Notes: generated by a model not told the origin, from the letters alone. A stretch of 49,503 nucleotides of DNA from an uncultured Gemmatimonadota bacterium (GCA_964576115.1 CAZNUA010000025.1:1-49503), one strand, 5' to 3'. Shown: positions 9,432 to 21,559, counted from the stretch's first letter. Program-made: numbers and translations.

Positions 9432-9896
9432 TCAGGCCTCCTCCCCCGCCCCGGGATCCTCGGGAGTATCTTCACCCATATCGAGCTTCTCGATCGCAAC
9501 TCCGGCTTCCTCCAGAAACTGGAAGGCAAGGTCGTCGGGGTAACCGTCACGATACCAGACCTTCTGAATCCCGGCATTGATGATCATCTTGGCGCAGGTC
9601 AGGCAGGGACTGCAGGTGATGTAGATCTCGGCTCCCTCGGTGCTGACCCCGAAATGGGCGGCCTGGATGAGGGCGTTCTGCTCGGCATGCAGGGTGCGCA
9701 CGCAGTGGCCGTCGACCATCAGGCAGCCGACGTCATGGCAGTGCGCCATCCCCGAGGGGGCACCGTTATAGCCGGTGGTCAGAATCCGTTTCTGTTTCAC
9801 GATCACCGCCCCGACCGCCCGCCGGTTGCAGGTCGAACGGCGGGCCACCCGTTCGGCGATGTCCATGAAGTAGACCGGCCAGTCGGGTCGTGCCAC
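9432..9896 (-). CDS. dCMP deaminase (ComEB-like)
   Basis: RSTC, TGYNG, HAEQNA and SPCLTC zinc deaminase motifs; GTG start at 9896. Confidence 0.9.
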   Translation of the reverse strand: MARPDWPVYFMDIAERVARRSTCNRRAVGAVIVKQKRILTTGYNGAPSGMAHCHDVGCLMVDGHCVRTLHAEQNALIQAAHFGVSTEGAEIYITCSPCLTCAKMIINAGIQKVWYRDGYPDDLAFQFLEEAGVAIEKLDMGEDTPEDPGAGEEA

Positions 9897-9900
9897 CGGA

Positions 9901-11190
9901 CTACTCCGGAATCCCGCCGGCCCAGGCAAAGAGCGGGAACCGGCTGCAGATCTCGCTCGCCCTGGCCCGAACCGCTTTTCGGGTGTCTTCCCCCTCGGGA
10001 TCGGCGATCACATCGGCGATCAGGTGCCCGATCTGTTCGAACTCGGGCTCCTGCATGCCGCGGGTGGTCAGGGCCGCGGTGCCGATCCGGATCCCGCTGG
10101 TCACCATCGGCGATTCGGGATCGAAGGGAACGGTGTTCTTGTTGACGGTGATGCCGACCTCATCGAGGCTCGCTTCGAGCAGTTTCCCGGTCAGCTCCTG
10201 CGGACGCAGATCGATGAGCAGCAGGTGATTGTCGGTGCCGCCACTCACGAGCTTGACGTCCCGGTCGGCCAGGGCCCGGCCCAGGGCTTTCGCATTGGCC
10301 ACCACCCGCCGGCTGTACTCGACGAACTCGGGGCGCGCAGCCTCTTCGAGCGCCACCGCCTTGGCCGCGATCACGTGCATGAGCGGTCCGCCCTGGATGC
10401 CGGGGAAGACACTGCGGTTGATGGCCTTGGCGTGCTCTTCGGGGAAGAGGATCAGCCCGGCCCGGGGACCGCGCAGGGTCTTGTGGGTGGTGGTGGTCAC
10501 CGCATCGCAGAAGGGCACCGGCGAGGGATGGTGCCCGGTAGCAATGAGACCGGCCACATGGGCCATGTCGAACATCAGCATCGCCCCGACCGCATCGGCC
10601 ACCGCGCGCATTCGCTCGTAATCCCAGAAGCGGGGGTAGGCGCTGGCCCCTCCCACGATCACCTTCGGCCGGGCCTCCTCGGCCAGGGCCTCGAAGGCAT
10701 CCCAGTCGATGGTCTCGGTCTCGGGATCGACCCCGTACTGCACCACGTTGTAGAGCATGCCGGAGAAGTTGACCGGATGGCCGTGGGTCAGGTGTCCGCC
10801 GTGGGAGAGGTTCAGCCCCATGAGGGTATCCCCCGGCTCCATGAAGGCCTGGTAGACGGCCATGTTGGCCTGGGCTCCGGCATGGGGCTGCACGTTGGCA
10901 CCCTCGGCGTCGAAGAGACGGCAGGCCCGTTCGATGGCCAGATCCTCGGCCCGGTCCACGACCTCACACCCCCCGTAGTAGCGTTTGTGGGGCAGACCCT
11001 CGGCGTACTTGTTGGTCAGCACGCTGCCCATCGCCTCGAGCACGGCCGGACTGACGAAATTCTCCGATGCGATCAGCTCGAGCTGGGTACGCTGGCGCTC
11101 CTCCTCGTCCCGAAGTACGCTGAAAAGAGCGGGATCAGAGGCCTTGAGGGCCTCGGCCGCCCGGAGGGCGGACGGTTCGGTGAGTGTCAT
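9901..11190 (-). CDS. glyA: Serine hydroxymethyltransferase
   Basis: [36 protein letters not shown] (PLP Lys), GGTDNHL. Confidence 0.98.
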   Translation of the reverse strand: MTLTEPSALRAAEALKASDPALFSVLRDEEERQRTQLELIASENFVSPAVLEAMGSVLTNKYAEGLPHKRYYGGCEVVDRAEDLAIERACRLFDAEGANVQPHAGAQANMAVYQAFMEPGDTLMGLNLSHGGHLTHGHPVNFSGMLYNVVQYGVDPETETIDWDAFEALAEEARPKVIVGGASAYPRFWDYERMRAVADAVGAMLMFDMAHVAGLIATGHHPSPVPFCDAVTTTTHKTLRGPRAGLILFPEEHAKAINRSVFPGIQGGPLMHVIAAKAVALEEAARPEFVEYSRRVVANAKALGRALADRDVKLVSGGTDNHLLLIDLRPQELTGKLLEASLDEVGITVNKNTVPFDPESPMVTSGIRIGTAALTTRGMQEPEFEQIGHLIADVIADPEGEDTRKAVRARASEICSRFPLFAWAGGIPE

Positions 11191-11250
11191 GGTGCCTCCG
11201 CGGTCTGCCTCCCGCCCGCGAGGAAAAGGGTTCTCGGGCGAGAGATCGGT

Positions 11251-12534
11251 TCAGGGTTCAGGCCGAGGTTCGGACCCGGGCGGCATGGCGGGCGGTATGG
11301 TCCGGTCGCGGGCCCGGTACATGAAGATCTCAGCCTGCGTGCGCCGGTAAGGCTCGAGTCGGGTCACCTGTTCCTCGGCGTACAGGCGCATCTCGGGTGC
11401 GAGCTGATCCTTCTCAATCCCCATCCGGTACTTCTCGATGGCCTGTTCGAGGATCACCTTGGCCTCATACGGTACGGTTCCGTCCTCGGCGGCCTGAGCC
11501 AGTCCCTGCGCCTGGAGGATGTCCCCCCAGGTGATGTAGGCGTGACCGTCCTCGGGATCAAATGCGATCGCCCGCTCGACTTCGAAGAGAGCTTCCTCGT
11601 ACCGTTCCTGGTCGAGATGGATCCCGGCGAGCTCGGAGTAGACCCGCATCTCGTCCGGAGCCAGCTCGAGCGCGCGCACGAGCGCGACCACGGCGCTGTC
11701 GGGCTCGCCGACCTTGCCCAGGAACCGTCCCCGGAGCCGCCAGGTCACAGGATCGTCGGGGCGCAGGCGGGTCAGCCGGCCGTAGGTGTCGGCCGCCTCG
11801 CGGATCCGGGTGGGATCACCGGCATAGAGACGGGCCAGTCTTTCCACCGTTCCGATCTGGTCGGGATCACCGCGCATGCTTTCTTCGAGAGACCGGATCT
11901 GCGCTTCGACGTCTCCCTGGCGGGCAAAGATCTCGGCCATCCGGCGATGGGCGTCAGCATTGTCGGGATCGGCCTCCACCTGTTGCTGCAACATCCGGAG
12001 CATGCCCGTGTTGTCCCCCTCCTGCCGGTAGAGGCTGAGCAGAAACTCGCGGTACTCGGGATTCTCGGGTTGCATCTCGACCAGGCGCTCGTAGGCCTCC
12101 AGGACAAGCAGCATCTCTCCCTGCTGGAAGTATATCGAGGCCAGGCTGGCCAGGGCGGTCTCATCCTCGGGATTCTGACGCAAGATCGTCTCGTACGCTT
12201 CGCGGGCTCCGGCCAGCGAATCGATCTGGAAGTAGCACATGGCCAGCAGGTACCAGACCTCGATGTTGGTGCTGTCCATCCCGGTGCAGGCACGCAGGGC
12301 CGGTATGGCGCTGGCATACTCCTGGATCTCGTAGTACTTGTAGCCCGTGCTGTAGAGACGGTTGAACCGATTCTGGCGGGTGAGATCGAGAACCACCCCG
12401 GTATCCTGCTCGGCCGGCACCAGGGCGGTGTCGGCGGCCCGGACCGGTGCCGCGGGGGCGCCGATCATGGCCGGTGCGCAGAGCAGGAGCGCTGTCAGGA
12501 GCGCTCGGGGACCGATGCGGGCGGTTTTCGTCAT
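11251..12534 (-). CDS. Exported tetratricopeptide-repeat protein
   Basis: Signal peptide (ALLTALLLCAPAMIGAPAAPVRA) followed by multiple TPR-like helical repeats. Confidence 0.8.
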   Translation of the reverse strand: MTKTARIGPRALLTALLLCAPAMIGAPAAPVRAADTALVPAEQDTGVVLDLTRQNRFNRLYSTGYKYYEIQEYASAIPALRACTGMDSTNIEVWYLLAMCYFQIDSLAGAREAYETILRQNPEDETALASLASIYFQQGEMLLVLEAYERLVEMQPENPEYREFLLSLYRQEGDNTGMLRMLQQQVEADPDNADAHRRMAEIFARQGDVEAQIRSLEESMRGDPDQIGTVERLARLYAGDPTRIREAADTYGRLTRLRPDDPVTWRLRGRFLGKVGEPDSAVVALVRALELAPDEMRVYSELAGIHLDQERYEEALFEVERAIAFDPEDGHAYITWGDILQAQGLAQAAEDGTVPYEAKVILEQAIEKYRMGIEKDQLAPEMRLYAEEQVTRLEPYRRTQAEIFMYRARDRTIPPAMPPGSEPRPEP

Positions 12535-12655
12535 CTCACACATTAAGACGTCCGGTCGGAGCCTGTGTTCACATTTTAATACACTTTGCCCCACCCCGTC
12601 CCGTCAACTCTCATCGGACGATTTTCCCGCTGATCGGACCGGGCGGAACGGTGTC

Positions 12656-13765
12656 TCAGTCCCCCGGGGCCTGATTGCGGAACCAGAGATCGTGCTGGGG
12701 GAAGGGAATCTCGACACCCGCGGCACGGAAGGATTCGAGCAGGCGGGCGCGCAGATCGAGCGTGGTCTGCCACTGGTCACCGTAGTCGGCCACCCGGGTC
12801 ACCAGCCGCATCTGCAGGGCCGAATCCCCGAAATCGAGCAGTTCGACCGCCGGCTCGGGTTCGTCGAGGACAATCGGGTGCTCCCGGGCCGTGCGGAGGG
12901 CAATCTCGGAGACCTGCTTCAGATCGGAATCGTAGGCCACCCCGAATTCGACCACGACCCGGATCTTCGGGTCGGGATAGCTCAGATTGGTGACCTTTTC
13001 TTTCACGATCTGCGCGTTGGGAACGACCATGACGGTGTTTTCGAAGGTCAGAATCTTGGTGCTGCGCAGACCGATCTCGACCACGTCACCTTTGGTGCCG
13101 TTCTCGAGCAGGATCCGGTCCCCTATCCGGAAGGGCCGGTCGACGAAGAGCACGAAACCGCCGATCATGTTCGAGAGGGTTTCCTGGGCCGCCAGGGCGA
13201 ATGCCAGCGAGCCGGCGCCGAGCGAAACCACCAGGGCGTCGACCGAAACGCCGAAGTGGTCGAAGACGATGATGATCGCCACCGCCCAGGCCAGGACCTG
13301 GAAAACGCGCCGGATCAGCGGCACGAGTTCGTCGTCGATCTGACTCTCGGTCCGCGCCGCAAACCGGGCTGCATACCAGCCCGCCAGGACGTTGAAGGAG
13401 CGGATCACGAGGCTGGTGACCACCAGGGCCAGGAGAATGAAGAAGATGCCGTCGGTGACCGTGTCCCAGGTCTCGATGAGCTGTTCGGGCGAGCCGCTGA
13501 ATATCCCCCAGGCGGTCGGATTCAGACCGGCCACGGCCCATTTCAGACCCAGGATCCAGATCGCCACCCCGACCGGACCCTTCACGGCCTGCAGCAACTC
13601 GTTGTCGAGATCAGTCCGGCTACGTGTGGTCAGGCGGCGCTCGGTGAATCCGAAGAGCAGACGCACCAGCCGGCTCAGGGCCCAGACGAGGGCGAAAACC
13701 AGCAGCGCATTGAGCAGGTCGTTGAGCACCGGTGCCGAGGGGAAGAGATTCAGGTCAACGGACAT
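12656..13765 (-). CDS. Small-conductance mechanosensitive channel (MscS family)
   Basis: TM helices, ALAAQETLSNMIGG, DRPFRIGDRI, IGLRSTKI, VPN, GVEIPFPQ. Confidence 0.92.
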   Translation of the reverse strand: MSVDLNLFPSAPVLNDLLNALLVFALVWALSRLVRLLFGFTERRLTTRSRTDLDNELLQAVKGPVGVAIWILGLKWAVAGLNPTAWGIFSGSPEQLIETWDTVTDGIFFILLALVVTSLVIRSFNVLAGWYAARFAARTESQIDDELVPLIRRVFQVLAWAVAIIIVFDHFGVSVDALVVSLGAGSLAFALAAQETLSNMIGGFVLFVDRPFRIGDRILLENGTKGDVVEIGLRSTKILTFENTVMVVPNAQIVKEKVTNLSYPDPKIRVVVEFGVAYDSDLKQVSEIALRTAREHPIVLDEPEPAVELLDFGDSALQMRLVTRVADYGDQWQTTLDLRARLLESFRAAGVEIPFPQHDLWFRNQAPGD

Positions 13766-13807
13766 CGGGATCCTCCGGCGATGACGCCGATCGCGGCCGT
13801 CGCTCGT

Positions 13808-15156
13808 TCAGAAGAGCCGGACGACGTCGTTGACGGTCACGTATAGCATGATCAGGATGATGAAGGCCATCCCGATCTGGGTGGCGATCAGACGCACGCG
13901 CAGCGAGAGCGGTTTGCCGCGCAGGGCCTCGGCGGCCAGAAAAACCAGGTGCCCGCCGTCGAGGACCGGAATCGGCAGCAGGTTCAGAACCCCCAGATTC
14001 ACGCTCACGAAAGCCACGAACGCGAGCAGGCTCAGGATACCCGAGCGGGCCGAATCACGCGCCACCCTGGCGATCGTGACAGGACCGCCGAGGGTCTCGC
14101 GCATCGAGAGCTGACCCACAACGAGACGGGCGAGGATATCCACGATCAGGGTTCCGGTCCGCCAGGTTTCACGACCGGCCCAGGAGAGAGTGCCTCCCAG
14201 TCCGAGACGGATGTGCTCGACCGGCAGATCGGAGGTATCCCCGGTGATACCGAGCCGGCCCCGCAGGATTCCGGTGGAGTCATCGACGACCCGCGCCGGG
14301 GTCACGCGGGCGACATACTCGACGCCCTCGCGCAGCCAGGCGATCTCGACCTCGCGCCCGGCCGAAGCCCGGATGGTCGAACTCAGTTCGCCCCAGTTGG
14401 CAAGCTCGCGCCCGTCGAGACGAATGATCGTATCGCCGGCTTCCAGACCCGCCGCCGCAGCGGCGTCGGTGTCGCTCACGGCCGCCACGGTCGTCCCCCA
14501 GGCGGGCCAGAGACCGTAGAAATCCACCGCGCCCTCGACCGGGCCGCCGTCGGGGCCGACGACGCTGGGCAGGGTGAGGGTGAAGGTGGAGTCACGCCGT
14601 TGGACCGCTACGACATGCTCGACTCCGATCCCGCCGCGGATGATCTCGAAAGCCCGTTCCCACGAATCGACACTGTCGCCGTCGACCGTCAGAAAGCGAT
14701 CGCCCGGTTCCAGATCGACCCGGTCGGCCAGGCTGCCGGCTTCGACGGTCCCGATGGCGGTCGTGGCCACCCGGGTCAGCCCGGTGGCGGTGGTGACCCC
14801 GAAATAGACCACAAAGGCGAGGACGATATTCATGATCGGCCCGGCGATGATGATCCCGAAGCGGCGGAGCAACCCGGCATAGGCGAAATCCCCCGGTTGA
14901 GGGTCGCGCCCTTCGGCGGCGGCCTGTTCGAGCTCCTCGGGATCCTCGCCGGCCATCTTAACGTAACCGCCCAGCGGCACCCAGGCCACCATGTACTCGG
15001 TCTCGCCGCGGGTGAAACTGAATATGGCCGGTCCGAACCCGAGACTGAACTTGAGCACCCGCACCCCGGCCGCTTTGGCCATGAGGAAGTGCCCCAGCTC
15101 GTGCACGAAGATCAGCACGCCCAGAACGATGATCAGTGCCAGAACCGTCTCCACGC

Positions 15157-15160
<4 letters not shown>
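13808..15160 (-). CDS. rseP: RIP metalloprotease RseP
   Basis: HELGH, PLGGYVKM, AGPIMN, two PDZ-like regions, NLLPIPVLDGGH. Confidence 0.96.
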
Positions 15161-16347
<1,187 letters not shown>

Positions 16348-16360
16348 GCTCTCATCCTTC

Positions 16361-17203
16361 TTACCCCGTCCGCGCCCAGGCGATCAGGATCCAGTAGAGG
16401 ACCGGCGCGCAGAATATGGTCGAGTCGAAGCGGTCGAGAAATCCACCGTGGCCGGGCAGGATTCCGGACACATCCTTGACCCCCGCAGCTCTTTTCAGGC
16501 GCGATTCGGCCAGATCCCCGAGGGTCGACACCAGACCCATCAGAGCCCCCACGCCCGCTCCGCCGGCCGCGCTCCACTCCAGAACCGGCAGACAGAGGGC
16601 CAGAACGATCCCCATCGCGGAACCGGAAACCAGTTCGGCGGCGAATCCCTCCCATGTCTTGGCGGGCGATACCGCGGGCAGCAGCCGGGTCCGTCCCATG
16701 GTGCGGCCCACGAAATAGGCGGCCGTGTCGGCCACCCATATGATTCCCCACATGGCCATGACCAGCCAGGCTCCACCGGCGGGAAGGGCTCCGCCGAGTC
16801 CCGCCGCGCCTCGGAGCCAGAGCAGATGGGCCAGCGGCAGGGTGACATAGAGCCAGCCGGTCAGGGTGGCGCCGAGCACGCCGCTCGGCGCTTCGTCTCC
16901 GGGACGAAAGACCTCGACGACCAGGACCAGGCCGGTCCCCCCGAGCAGAATCGCCCCCCAGTGCGCTCCCCCTCCCAGCCAGGCATCGGCGAGCAGCAGG
17001 AGACCGACCGGCAGACTGAGGGCCCGCATCGGCGTGCGTTCGGCCTGGATCCGGAACAGGGCCGGGAGCTCCCAGAGAGCCCGCCCCGCCAGGACGACGA
17101 CCAGCAGGAAGAAGATCCCCTGGCTGATGAAGATGGCGGCGAAAAAAAACGGCGCCATGGCAAAAGCGACGAGGGTGCGGGTCGTGAGTTCGGAATCGGG
17201 CAC
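16361..17203 (-). CDS. cdsA: Phosphatidate cytidylyltransferase
   Basis: Membrane protein with DTAAYFVG, SPAKTWEG and GDLAESRLKR..VKD..ILPGHGGFLDRFD. Confidence 0.95.
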   Translation of the reverse strand: MPDSELTTRTLVAFAMAPFFFAAIFISQGIFFLLVVVLAGRALWELPALFRIQAERTPMRALSLPVGLLLLADAWLGGGAHWGAILLGGTGLVLVVEVFRPGDEAPSGVLGATLTGWLYVTLPLAHLLWLRGAAGLGGALPAGGAWLVMAMWGIIWVADTAAYFVGRTMGRTRLLPAVSPAKTWEGFAAELVSGSAMGIVLALCLPVLEWSAAGGAGVGALMGLVSTLGDLAESRLKRAAGVKDVSGILPGHGGFLDRFDSTIFCAPVLYWILIAWARTG

Positions 17204-17209
17204 CGGCGG

Positions 17210-17977
17210 CTACCTGTTGACCTGGGCGCTGGTCCGGCCGAAACGCCGCTCGCGCCGCAGGTACTCCCCCAGAGCCCGGTAAAAGTGATCGGCATCGAAG
17301 TCTGGCCAGAGCACGTCGGGAAAAACGATCTCGGAATAGGCGATCTGCCAGAGCAGGAAATTCGAGAGTCGCTGTTCCCCGCTGGTACGGATGAGCAGGT
17401 CGGGATCGGGGAGTCCCCGCGTCTGCAGGTGGGATTCGAACTCCTCGGCCGTGACCGGGCCGGTCTGACCGGTGGCGAAACGGCGCGCCAGCAGGGCCTG
17501 GGCCGCTCGCAGGATCTCCCGCCGACCGCCGTAATTCAGAGCCAGGTTCAGGACCAGGCCGCGGTTATCGCGGGTGCGCTCCAGAGCCCGCTGCAAGCCC
17601 GCCCGCGGTTCGGGAAGGATCTCACTCAGATCGCCGGTGATCCGCAGCTGCACATTGTTGGCGTCGAGATCCTCAACCTCGCGATCGATCGTCTCGCTCA
17701 GCAGATTCATGAGCGAGTGCACCTCGCCGAGAGGGCGCTTCCAGTTCTCCTGACTGAAGACGAACAGGCTCAAGACCTCGAGCCCGATGCCGCTGGCGGC
17801 TTCCACGGTGCGGCGGACCGCCCGGACACCTTCCTCATGGCCGGCCACCCGCTCCAGCCCCCGCTGCTGGGCCCAGCGGCCGTTGCCGTCCATGATGATG
17901 GCCACGTGGGCGGGCAGATCGGTCCGCGCCTCGAGCTCTTCGCGCAGCTGCTCTGTGGTCGATGGGTCACGTGTCAC
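17210..17977 (-). CDS. uppS: Undecaprenyl diphosphate synthase (isoprenyl transferase)
   Basis: HVAIIMDGNGRWA, FSQENWKRP, NYGGR, DLLIRTSGEQRLSNFLLWQ. Confidence 0.97.
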   Translation of the reverse strand: MTRDPSTTEQLREELEARTDLPAHVAIIMDGNGRWAQQRGLERVAGHEEGVRAVRRTVEAASGIGLEVLSLFVFSQENWKRPLGEVHSLMNLLSETIDREVEDLDANNVQLRITGDLSEILPEPRAGLQRALERTRDNRGLVLNLALNYGGRREILRAAQALLARRFATGQTGPVTAEEFESHLQTRGLPDPDLLIRTSGEQRLSNFLLWQIAYSEIVFPDVLWPDFDADHFYRALGEYLRRERRFGRTSAQVNR

Positions 17978-18119
17978 GGTTCAACCTGTCCGGGAGATCG
18001 GTCCGATCAGGACCGGAGATACACGAACGCGCCGCGGCTCACCGGCTGCGACGCGTTCCACGATACCACTTCCCCGCCGGCATTTCCACCCAACGGCGGG
18101 AGGACCGGGATCGGAAGCC

Positions 18120-19196
18120 CTAACGGACAGGCGGGGGATCTCCCATCAGAGCCTGCAGTTCCTCGGCCCGCTGCATGTGCTCCTGGCCCTTCCGGATCAT
18201 CTCCTGATCACCAGCGTTCACTCCCATGCGCATGTAAATGCCGCCCAGGCGCAGCCAGGTCATGGGGCTGTTCGGATTGATCTCCTTGCTCTTCTCCAGG
18301 TAGGGGATCGCCTCCGCCTCGCGCTCGCTCTCCATGTAGGTGATAGCGATGTTATTCAACGCTTCGGTGTCGAAGGGATTGAGTTCGAGCACGGTGATAA
18401 AGTGTGGCAGAGCCAGGTCGTCCTGATCCGTCTCGGTGTACATGATGGCCAGCTGCATGTGGGTGTACAGGTTCTCGGGATTGGACTCGAGGCTGTTCTC
18501 GTACAGTGCCCGGGCCTTGTCGCGCTCATCGAGCTGCCGGTAAGCGTATCCCAGGGTTTCGACGAAAACGGAATCGTCGATGTTGTCCTCCTGGAGCGGA
18601 TCGAGGTAGCGGACCGCCTCCATGTAATTTCCGCTGTTGTAGTACAGCAGGCCGAGGTTGAGCCGGGAGGTGTCGTCGTCGGGATTGAGTTCGAGGACCT
18701 TGCCGTACATCTCGATCGCCTCGTCGTATCGCCTCTGCTGGCCGTAAACGACAGCCAGGCCCTCCCAGGCCTCGGGATTCTCGGGGTCGAGCATAGTGGC
18801 GATTAAAAAGGAGCTCTCGGCGCTTTCGTAGTCCTGGCGCTGGATGAAAGTGAACCCGTCGTTGTAGTGCTGGAGCCACCAGTTACTGACGTCCCGTTCA
18901 ACCTGGGCTCGGAAGATCGGGCTGAGGGAGGCGGAACGGTCCCAGTTCGTCTTGGCCTCGGCCCAGTTCGACTCGGTGGCCTCGAGAGTGGCCAGGATGT
19001 AGTACGCTTCAGCATTGTCGGGGTAGATCTGGATGGCTTCTTCCAGCGAGCGCCGGGCGTTGACGTAGTCCTTGTTGTTCATGTAGAGCTTGGCCGAAGT
19101 GATCTGCGGCGGGGCGCAGGCGGCGGTCACGACAGCGATGAGAGCGAAGAGCAGGGATGCTCGCACAACGCCTGTGAGAGTGGGGTGCGTCTTCAT
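18120..19196 (-). CDS. TPR-repeat lipoprotein
   Basis: Lipobox-like VVTAAC after a hydrophobic stretch; repeated TPR units (e.g. PENPEAWEGLA, PDDDTSRLNLG); RBS AAGGAGG upstream of ATG 19196. Confidence 0.8.
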   Translation of the reverse strand: MKTHPTLTGVVRASLLFALIAVVTAACAPPQITSAKLYMNNKDYVNARRSLEEAIQIYPDNAEAYYILATLEATESNWAEAKTNWDRSASLSPIFRAQVERDVSNWWLQHYNDGFTFIQRQDYESAESSFLIATMLDPENPEAWEGLAVVYGQQRRYDEAIEMYGKVLELNPDDDTSRLNLGLLYYNSGNYMEAVRYLDPLQEDNIDDSVFVETLGYAYRQLDERDKARALYENSLESNPENLYTHMQLAIMYTETDQDDLALPHFITVLELNPFDTEALNNIAITYMESEREAEAIPYLEKSKEINPNSPMTWLRLGGIYMRMGVNAGDQEMIRKGQEHMQRAEELQALMGDPPPVR

Positions 19197-19299
19197 TGAG
19201 ATCGGGCCTCCTTCAACCCTTCCGCGGTGCGACCATCCCGGCTCGGAGACGGTCGAACAGCGCGGTGAACAGGGAAACCGGGGGTGGAAATGTCGATGT

Positions 19300-19328
19300 A
19301 AGATATGCCCTCGCAAGCCGGGTATCAA
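19300..19328 (-). promoter_or_regulatory. Putative sigma-70 promoter for the TPR lipoprotein gene
   Basis: Minus strand TTGATA-17 nt-TATCTT. Confidence 0.5.
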
Positions 19329-19464
19329 CCGCCGTCTCGGACACAGAAATCCGGTTTCGTCCCTCTGCAGATACGACGTGTTAACCGCTCGGTCGTTCAC
19401 CATTCAATTCATCCCGCCCCCGCCGTTCCTTCACCCGGGGACGGAAAAGAGGGCCGGTACGGGA

Positions 19465-21165
19465 CTACATCCGTTCCGGAGCCGAGATTCCGAGCAGGTC
19501 CAGACCGTTGGCCAGGATCTGCCTGACGGCCCGGCAAAGCGCCAGACGGGCGCTCTGTTCCGGTTCATTCGAACCCACCACCCGATGGTGGTGGTAAAAC
19601 AGATGAAAGGCCGCCGCCAGATCCTTGAGCCAGATGGGGAGGCGATGCGGTTCGTACGCTTCGGCGGCTCCGGCCACCAGATCGGGAAAATCGACCAGCA
19701 GGCGCATCAGAGCCCGTTCCTCGGGAACCCGCAGCGCCGCCAGGTCGGCGTTCTCGACCGCGGTCTCGATCTTGATTCCCTCCTCGCGCGCCTTCTCGAG
19801 CAGGCTCGAAATGCGGGCGTGGGCGTACTGGACGTAATAGACCGGATTCTCCTCGTCCCGGGCCGCTGCCAGTTCGAGATCGAAGTCGAGCGGGGTAGAA
19901 GTGGACCGCAGCAGGAAGAAAAACCTGGCCGCATCCACCCCGACTTCTTCGATCAGTTCGTTCATCTCGATCAGGCGCCCGGCCCGCTTGCTCATCTTCA
20001 CCGGTTCGCCTCCCCGCAGCAGATTCACCTGCTGGACGATCAGCACCCGGAAAGACCCGGGGTCGTGTCCCAGCGCCTGCAGGGCGGCACTCATGCGGTC
20101 GATGTAACCGTGATGGTCGGGGCCCCAGAGATCGACCAGCGTCCGCCAGCCACGGGCGTACTTGTCCTCGTGGTAGGCGATATCGGGCAGCAGGTAGGTC
20201 GGCCGACCGTCGCCGGTCACCAGCACCCGGTCCTTCTCGTCGCCGAAAGCGGTGGAGCGGAACCAGAGGGCCTCCTCGGCCCGGTAGGTATGACCGCGGG
20301 CTTCGAGGGCTGTCCGGGTTCGTTCCACGGCGCCGGCTTCGTGCAGGCTCGACTCCCGGAACCAGGTATCGAAGTGCAGGCCGAAGGCGGACACGCTGGC
20401 CTGCTGACGTTCGAGTATGCGCTCCACCGCCCAGGCCGCCAGGGCCTCGTCGGGATCCGTTCCCGGTCCGGCCGCCCCGGCGAAGGCTTCGATCCCTTCG
20501 GGATGCTTGGTCCGGAAAGTCCCGGCCAGCTCGACCAGGTACTCGCCGTGGTAGCCTTCCTCGGGCAGGGACGCTTCTTCACCCCCGGCCTGACGGATGC
20601 GCGCGGCCAGACTCCGGCCGAGCAGACTCACCTGCCGGCCGGCGTCGTTGACGTAGTACTCCCGCCCCACCCTGGCCCCGGCCGCTTCCCAGAGCGCAGC
20701 CAGAGCGTCGCCGACCGCGGCCGCCCGGGCACTGACCACATTGAGCGGACCGGTCGGATTGGCCGAGATGAATTCGAAGAGAATCGCTTCGGACTCGAGC
20801 CGCCGGCTCCGCCCGTAGGCCTCGCCCTGATCGAGCACTTCCCGCAGGCCCTCCTCGAGCCAGGCGGGAGCCAGGTAAAAGTTCAGAAAACCGGGCCCTG
20901 CCACCTCGACCGCTTCGAGGGCCAGGTCGGCCTGCAGAGCGACGTCCTCCTGGAGCGTTGCGGCCAGCTGCTGGGCGATCTCGCGCGGAGCGCGTCCGAC
21001 CGTGCGGGCCAGGGTCAGGGCCAGCGTCGAGGCGAAATCGCCGTGATCGGGATCGCGGGGACGTTCGAGCCTCACCCCGGCCGGTTCCACCGGCCAGCCC
21101 TCACGCCCGGCCGCAGCGGCGACAGCCGCCGAAATCCGGTCCGCGGTGCGCTCACACAGGGGCAT
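19465..21165 (-). CDS. argS: Arginine--tRNA ligase
   Basis: HGDF, AGPGFLNF, SANPTGPL(NVVS), EYYVND, DIAYH, GPDHHGY, KMSKRAG, NPVYYVQYAHAR, GISAPERM. Confidence 0.96.
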   Translation of the reverse strand: MPLCERTADRISAAVAAAAGREGWPVEPAGVRLERPRDPDHGDFASTLALTLARTVGRAPREIAQQLAATLQEDVALQADLALEAVEVAGPGFLNFYLAPAWLEEGLREVLDQGEAYGRSRRLESEAILFEFISANPTGPLNVVSARAAAVGDALAALWEAAGARVGREYYVNDAGRQVSLLGRSLAARIRQAGGEEASLPEEGYHGEYLVELAGTFRTKHPEGIEAFAGAAGPGTDPDEALAAWAVERILERQQASVSAFGLHFDTWFRESSLHEAGAVERTRTALEARGHTYRAEEALWFRSTAFGDEKDRVLVTGDGRPTYLLPDIAYHEDKYARGWRTLVDLWGPDHHGYIDRMSAALQALGHDPGSFRVLIVQQVNLLRGGEPVKMSKRAGRLIEMNELIEEVGVDAARFFFLLRSTSTPLDFDLELAAARDEENPVYYVQYAHARISSLLEKAREEGIKIETAVENADLAALRVPEERALMRLLVDFPDLVAGAAEAYEPHRLPIWLKDLAAAFHLFYHHHRVVGSNEPEQSARLALCRAVRQILANGLDLLGISAPERM

Positions 21166-21559
21166 CGGTGATGACTTCCCGGGGAGCATCGCCCCAGAGA
21201 CGCTCGAGATCGTAATAGGCGCGGGTTTCGGGCTGGAAAAGATGGACGACGACATCGACATAGTCGATCAGGATCCAGTTCCGGGACGATTCGGCGCCCT
21301 CGACGTGCCACGGCCTGACCCCGAAACGTTCGCGGATCAGCTCGCGGACGGCTTCCTCCACCGCCCGCGAGTGCACGTCGGTCGACACCGTCGCAATAAC
21401 GAAATAGTCCGTCATCGTGGTCAGCCGGCGCAGATCGAGACAGACCAGCTCCTCGGCTTTCTTCTCCAGGGCGGCGTCGGCAATACCGCGGGCCAGTTCC
21501 GCGGGCGGAACCCCGCCCTTGCCGCGCTGCTCCCGGCGAGGTCCGGTTTCCGGCCCCAT
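21152..21559 (-). CDS. rsfS: Ribosome silencing factor RsfS (Iojap)
   Basis: EKKAEE..LDL..DYFVI, WILIDYVDVVVHLF, RAYYDLERLW. Confidence 0.95.
   Translation of the reverse strand: MGPETGPRREQRGKGGVPPAELARGIADAALEKKAEELVCLDLRRLTTMTDYFVIATVSTDVHSRAVEEAVRELIRERFGVRPWHVEGAESSRNWILIDYVDVVVHLFQPETRAYYDLERLWGDAPREVITDAPV

Noticed and set aside
11191..11250. Possible ZTP riboswitch before glyA (also an FMN riboswitch before the RibD_C gene and a c-di-GMP riboswitch before the pilin)
   Set aside because: Conserved core nucleotides of these families were not found by eye; an Rfam scan would be decisive.
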